64,000 bases of DNA from Chiloscyllium plagiosum (Eukaryota), in NCBI RefSeq assembly GCF_004010195.1, contig NC_057736.1:929452-993451 (forward strand), written 5' to 3'. Within the stretch, counting starts at the first letter, position 1. Every line of letters begins with the position of its first letter. Below are positions 62,661-64,000 of this stretch, one piece after another. Both the position numbers and the translations under genes were made by a program. The notes beneath the pieces are model-generated. The model did not search any database and was not told the DNA's origin. It was given only the letters and a program-made list of their open reading frames with translations.

Positions 62661-64000
62661 AGAGTATATAAGCTGAAAGTGTTAATAGGTTATGTCAAAA
62701 TGCTTAATTTAACATACTTTTCATTTATTAGACAATTTGTTTTTGGTGATTTGTAAAATAAATCAAACATTTAACTCCAGACAAAATGAGAACAAAATAA
62801 CTTCCTATTTGTCCAACTATTTTACTAGTTTGCTACTTGCTCTTAAATTATGGTTGGTACACCTGGCCCAGGCTGCCTGCCCTGGCCATACCCAGTTCCT
62901 TCCACTGCTGGTACTATTGGTGTGTGCCAGTTTGTCAGTGCCAGGACTGGTTTGCACCTCATTGTTCACTGCTCAGAGAGATGTCTGTTCCACCAGCATC
63001 CCATTCTCTCCTCTGTCTCTCACTGGCTTCCAGCCCCAAGCCCTCAGCACCTCTCCTCTGATTGGTGGTCCTTGTATGTCCTTCATTCCTGAGGGTCCCT
63101 TGCATTGCAATCACTCCTGGAGTTTTGCCACTTGTACCGTGCTGTCTCGCTATACAAACCACTCCCACTGTCCTTCTCTCTTTGTTTTACCTGAGTTTGG
63201 TGACTGTGTTTTTGATTTTCCTGGCAGCTGTGTTTGGTGAGTTTGCCCATCTTTAATGGGGGCAGCTGTTTATTGTGTTTCTGAGTTTGGCACCACAGGG
63301 CAGGGCAGCTAGCCCACACGGGTACTGTAGAGATGGCAGTGCAGTGTTAAAGCCATTGGATGGATAATTCCTAACCTCAGCCTCTCTCATGCTCTGGAGA
63401 ATCAGATGCTGTCATATCAGCTGTTGGAATTTGAAAGCTCGTCTCAGCCATGGGATCTTATTGTTTGAAGTTCTCACAATACCTACAGAATCGGTTTGCT
63501 TCAGTAGATATTTCAGACACTCAGTGCCCTTTGAAGGTGTTTCAGGGTTTTGAACTCATTTTTATGACCAGAGTATGGTAATCAACTGGATTTCCTCTTC
63601 TGACACCAGTGGATGCAGGATTTATGTCTTAAGTTCACTTTTTCCGTAAGGTTTTAATCCTTCTCAAGTCATTAAAATATTCCATTTAAAATTATCCAAT
63701 TGTTTTGGAAACTGAATGGTGCCTCATATCACAACAAACCCTCCAGAATTTCTCGACGTCGAGTTTACAGTGTTACCCCACAAAGTATCTCAATGTTGTA
63801 ATTCAAGCTGCGGGTCAGATGTTTTGAGATCTTTAACAGTTTGTCTTCCACACATTTATTATTTCTTTTTCCTGAAGGAGTCCATTTCTGTGGATTCTTA
63901 TACGTTCTCATTAAGTAGCTCTTTCAGTTCCTCCATTCTTTGGAATGCACACTTTCATGATGTCATGAAACTATCATCACATTAAAACCCACCTGGTTCA

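Noticed and set aside
58180-64000. Further DCDC2B exons; ORF 62737..63240
   Set aside because: No phase-2 exon with DCX or linker similarity found; the ORF has no recognisable homology or splice context

Overview
Vertebrate genomic DNA, almost certainly a shark or other elasmobranch (HE1-type V-SINEs, shark CR1/Rex LINEs, Deu-domain SINEs), with three N gaps (2716-3370, 9803-10497, 46443-46450). The gene order is: 5' end of EIF3I (minus strand, exons 1-2); a very compact bidirectional promoter; complete TMEM234 (plus, 5 coding exons, 133 aa); an unrecognised multi-exon gene that I assembled by hand from splice sites and intron phases (plus, 7 coding exons, 30436-53976, 368 aa, Cys/His clusters, possibly with an N-terminal (VTETPE[P/S])n repeat from a 21-bp minisatellite); and exon 1 of DCDC2B (plus), preceded by several RFX X-boxes. 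Introns and intergenic DNA are dense in retroelements. Most notable are about 10 short Penelope-like (PLE) insertions carrying minimal hammerhead ribozyme cores. Many have clear target-site duplications, several are inverted (palindromic) pairs, and one is a 232-bp partial tandem repeat resembling a retrozyme. Repeat boundaries are approximate; exon boundaries were read from the sequence. No database searches were run, and family assignments come from recalled motifs.
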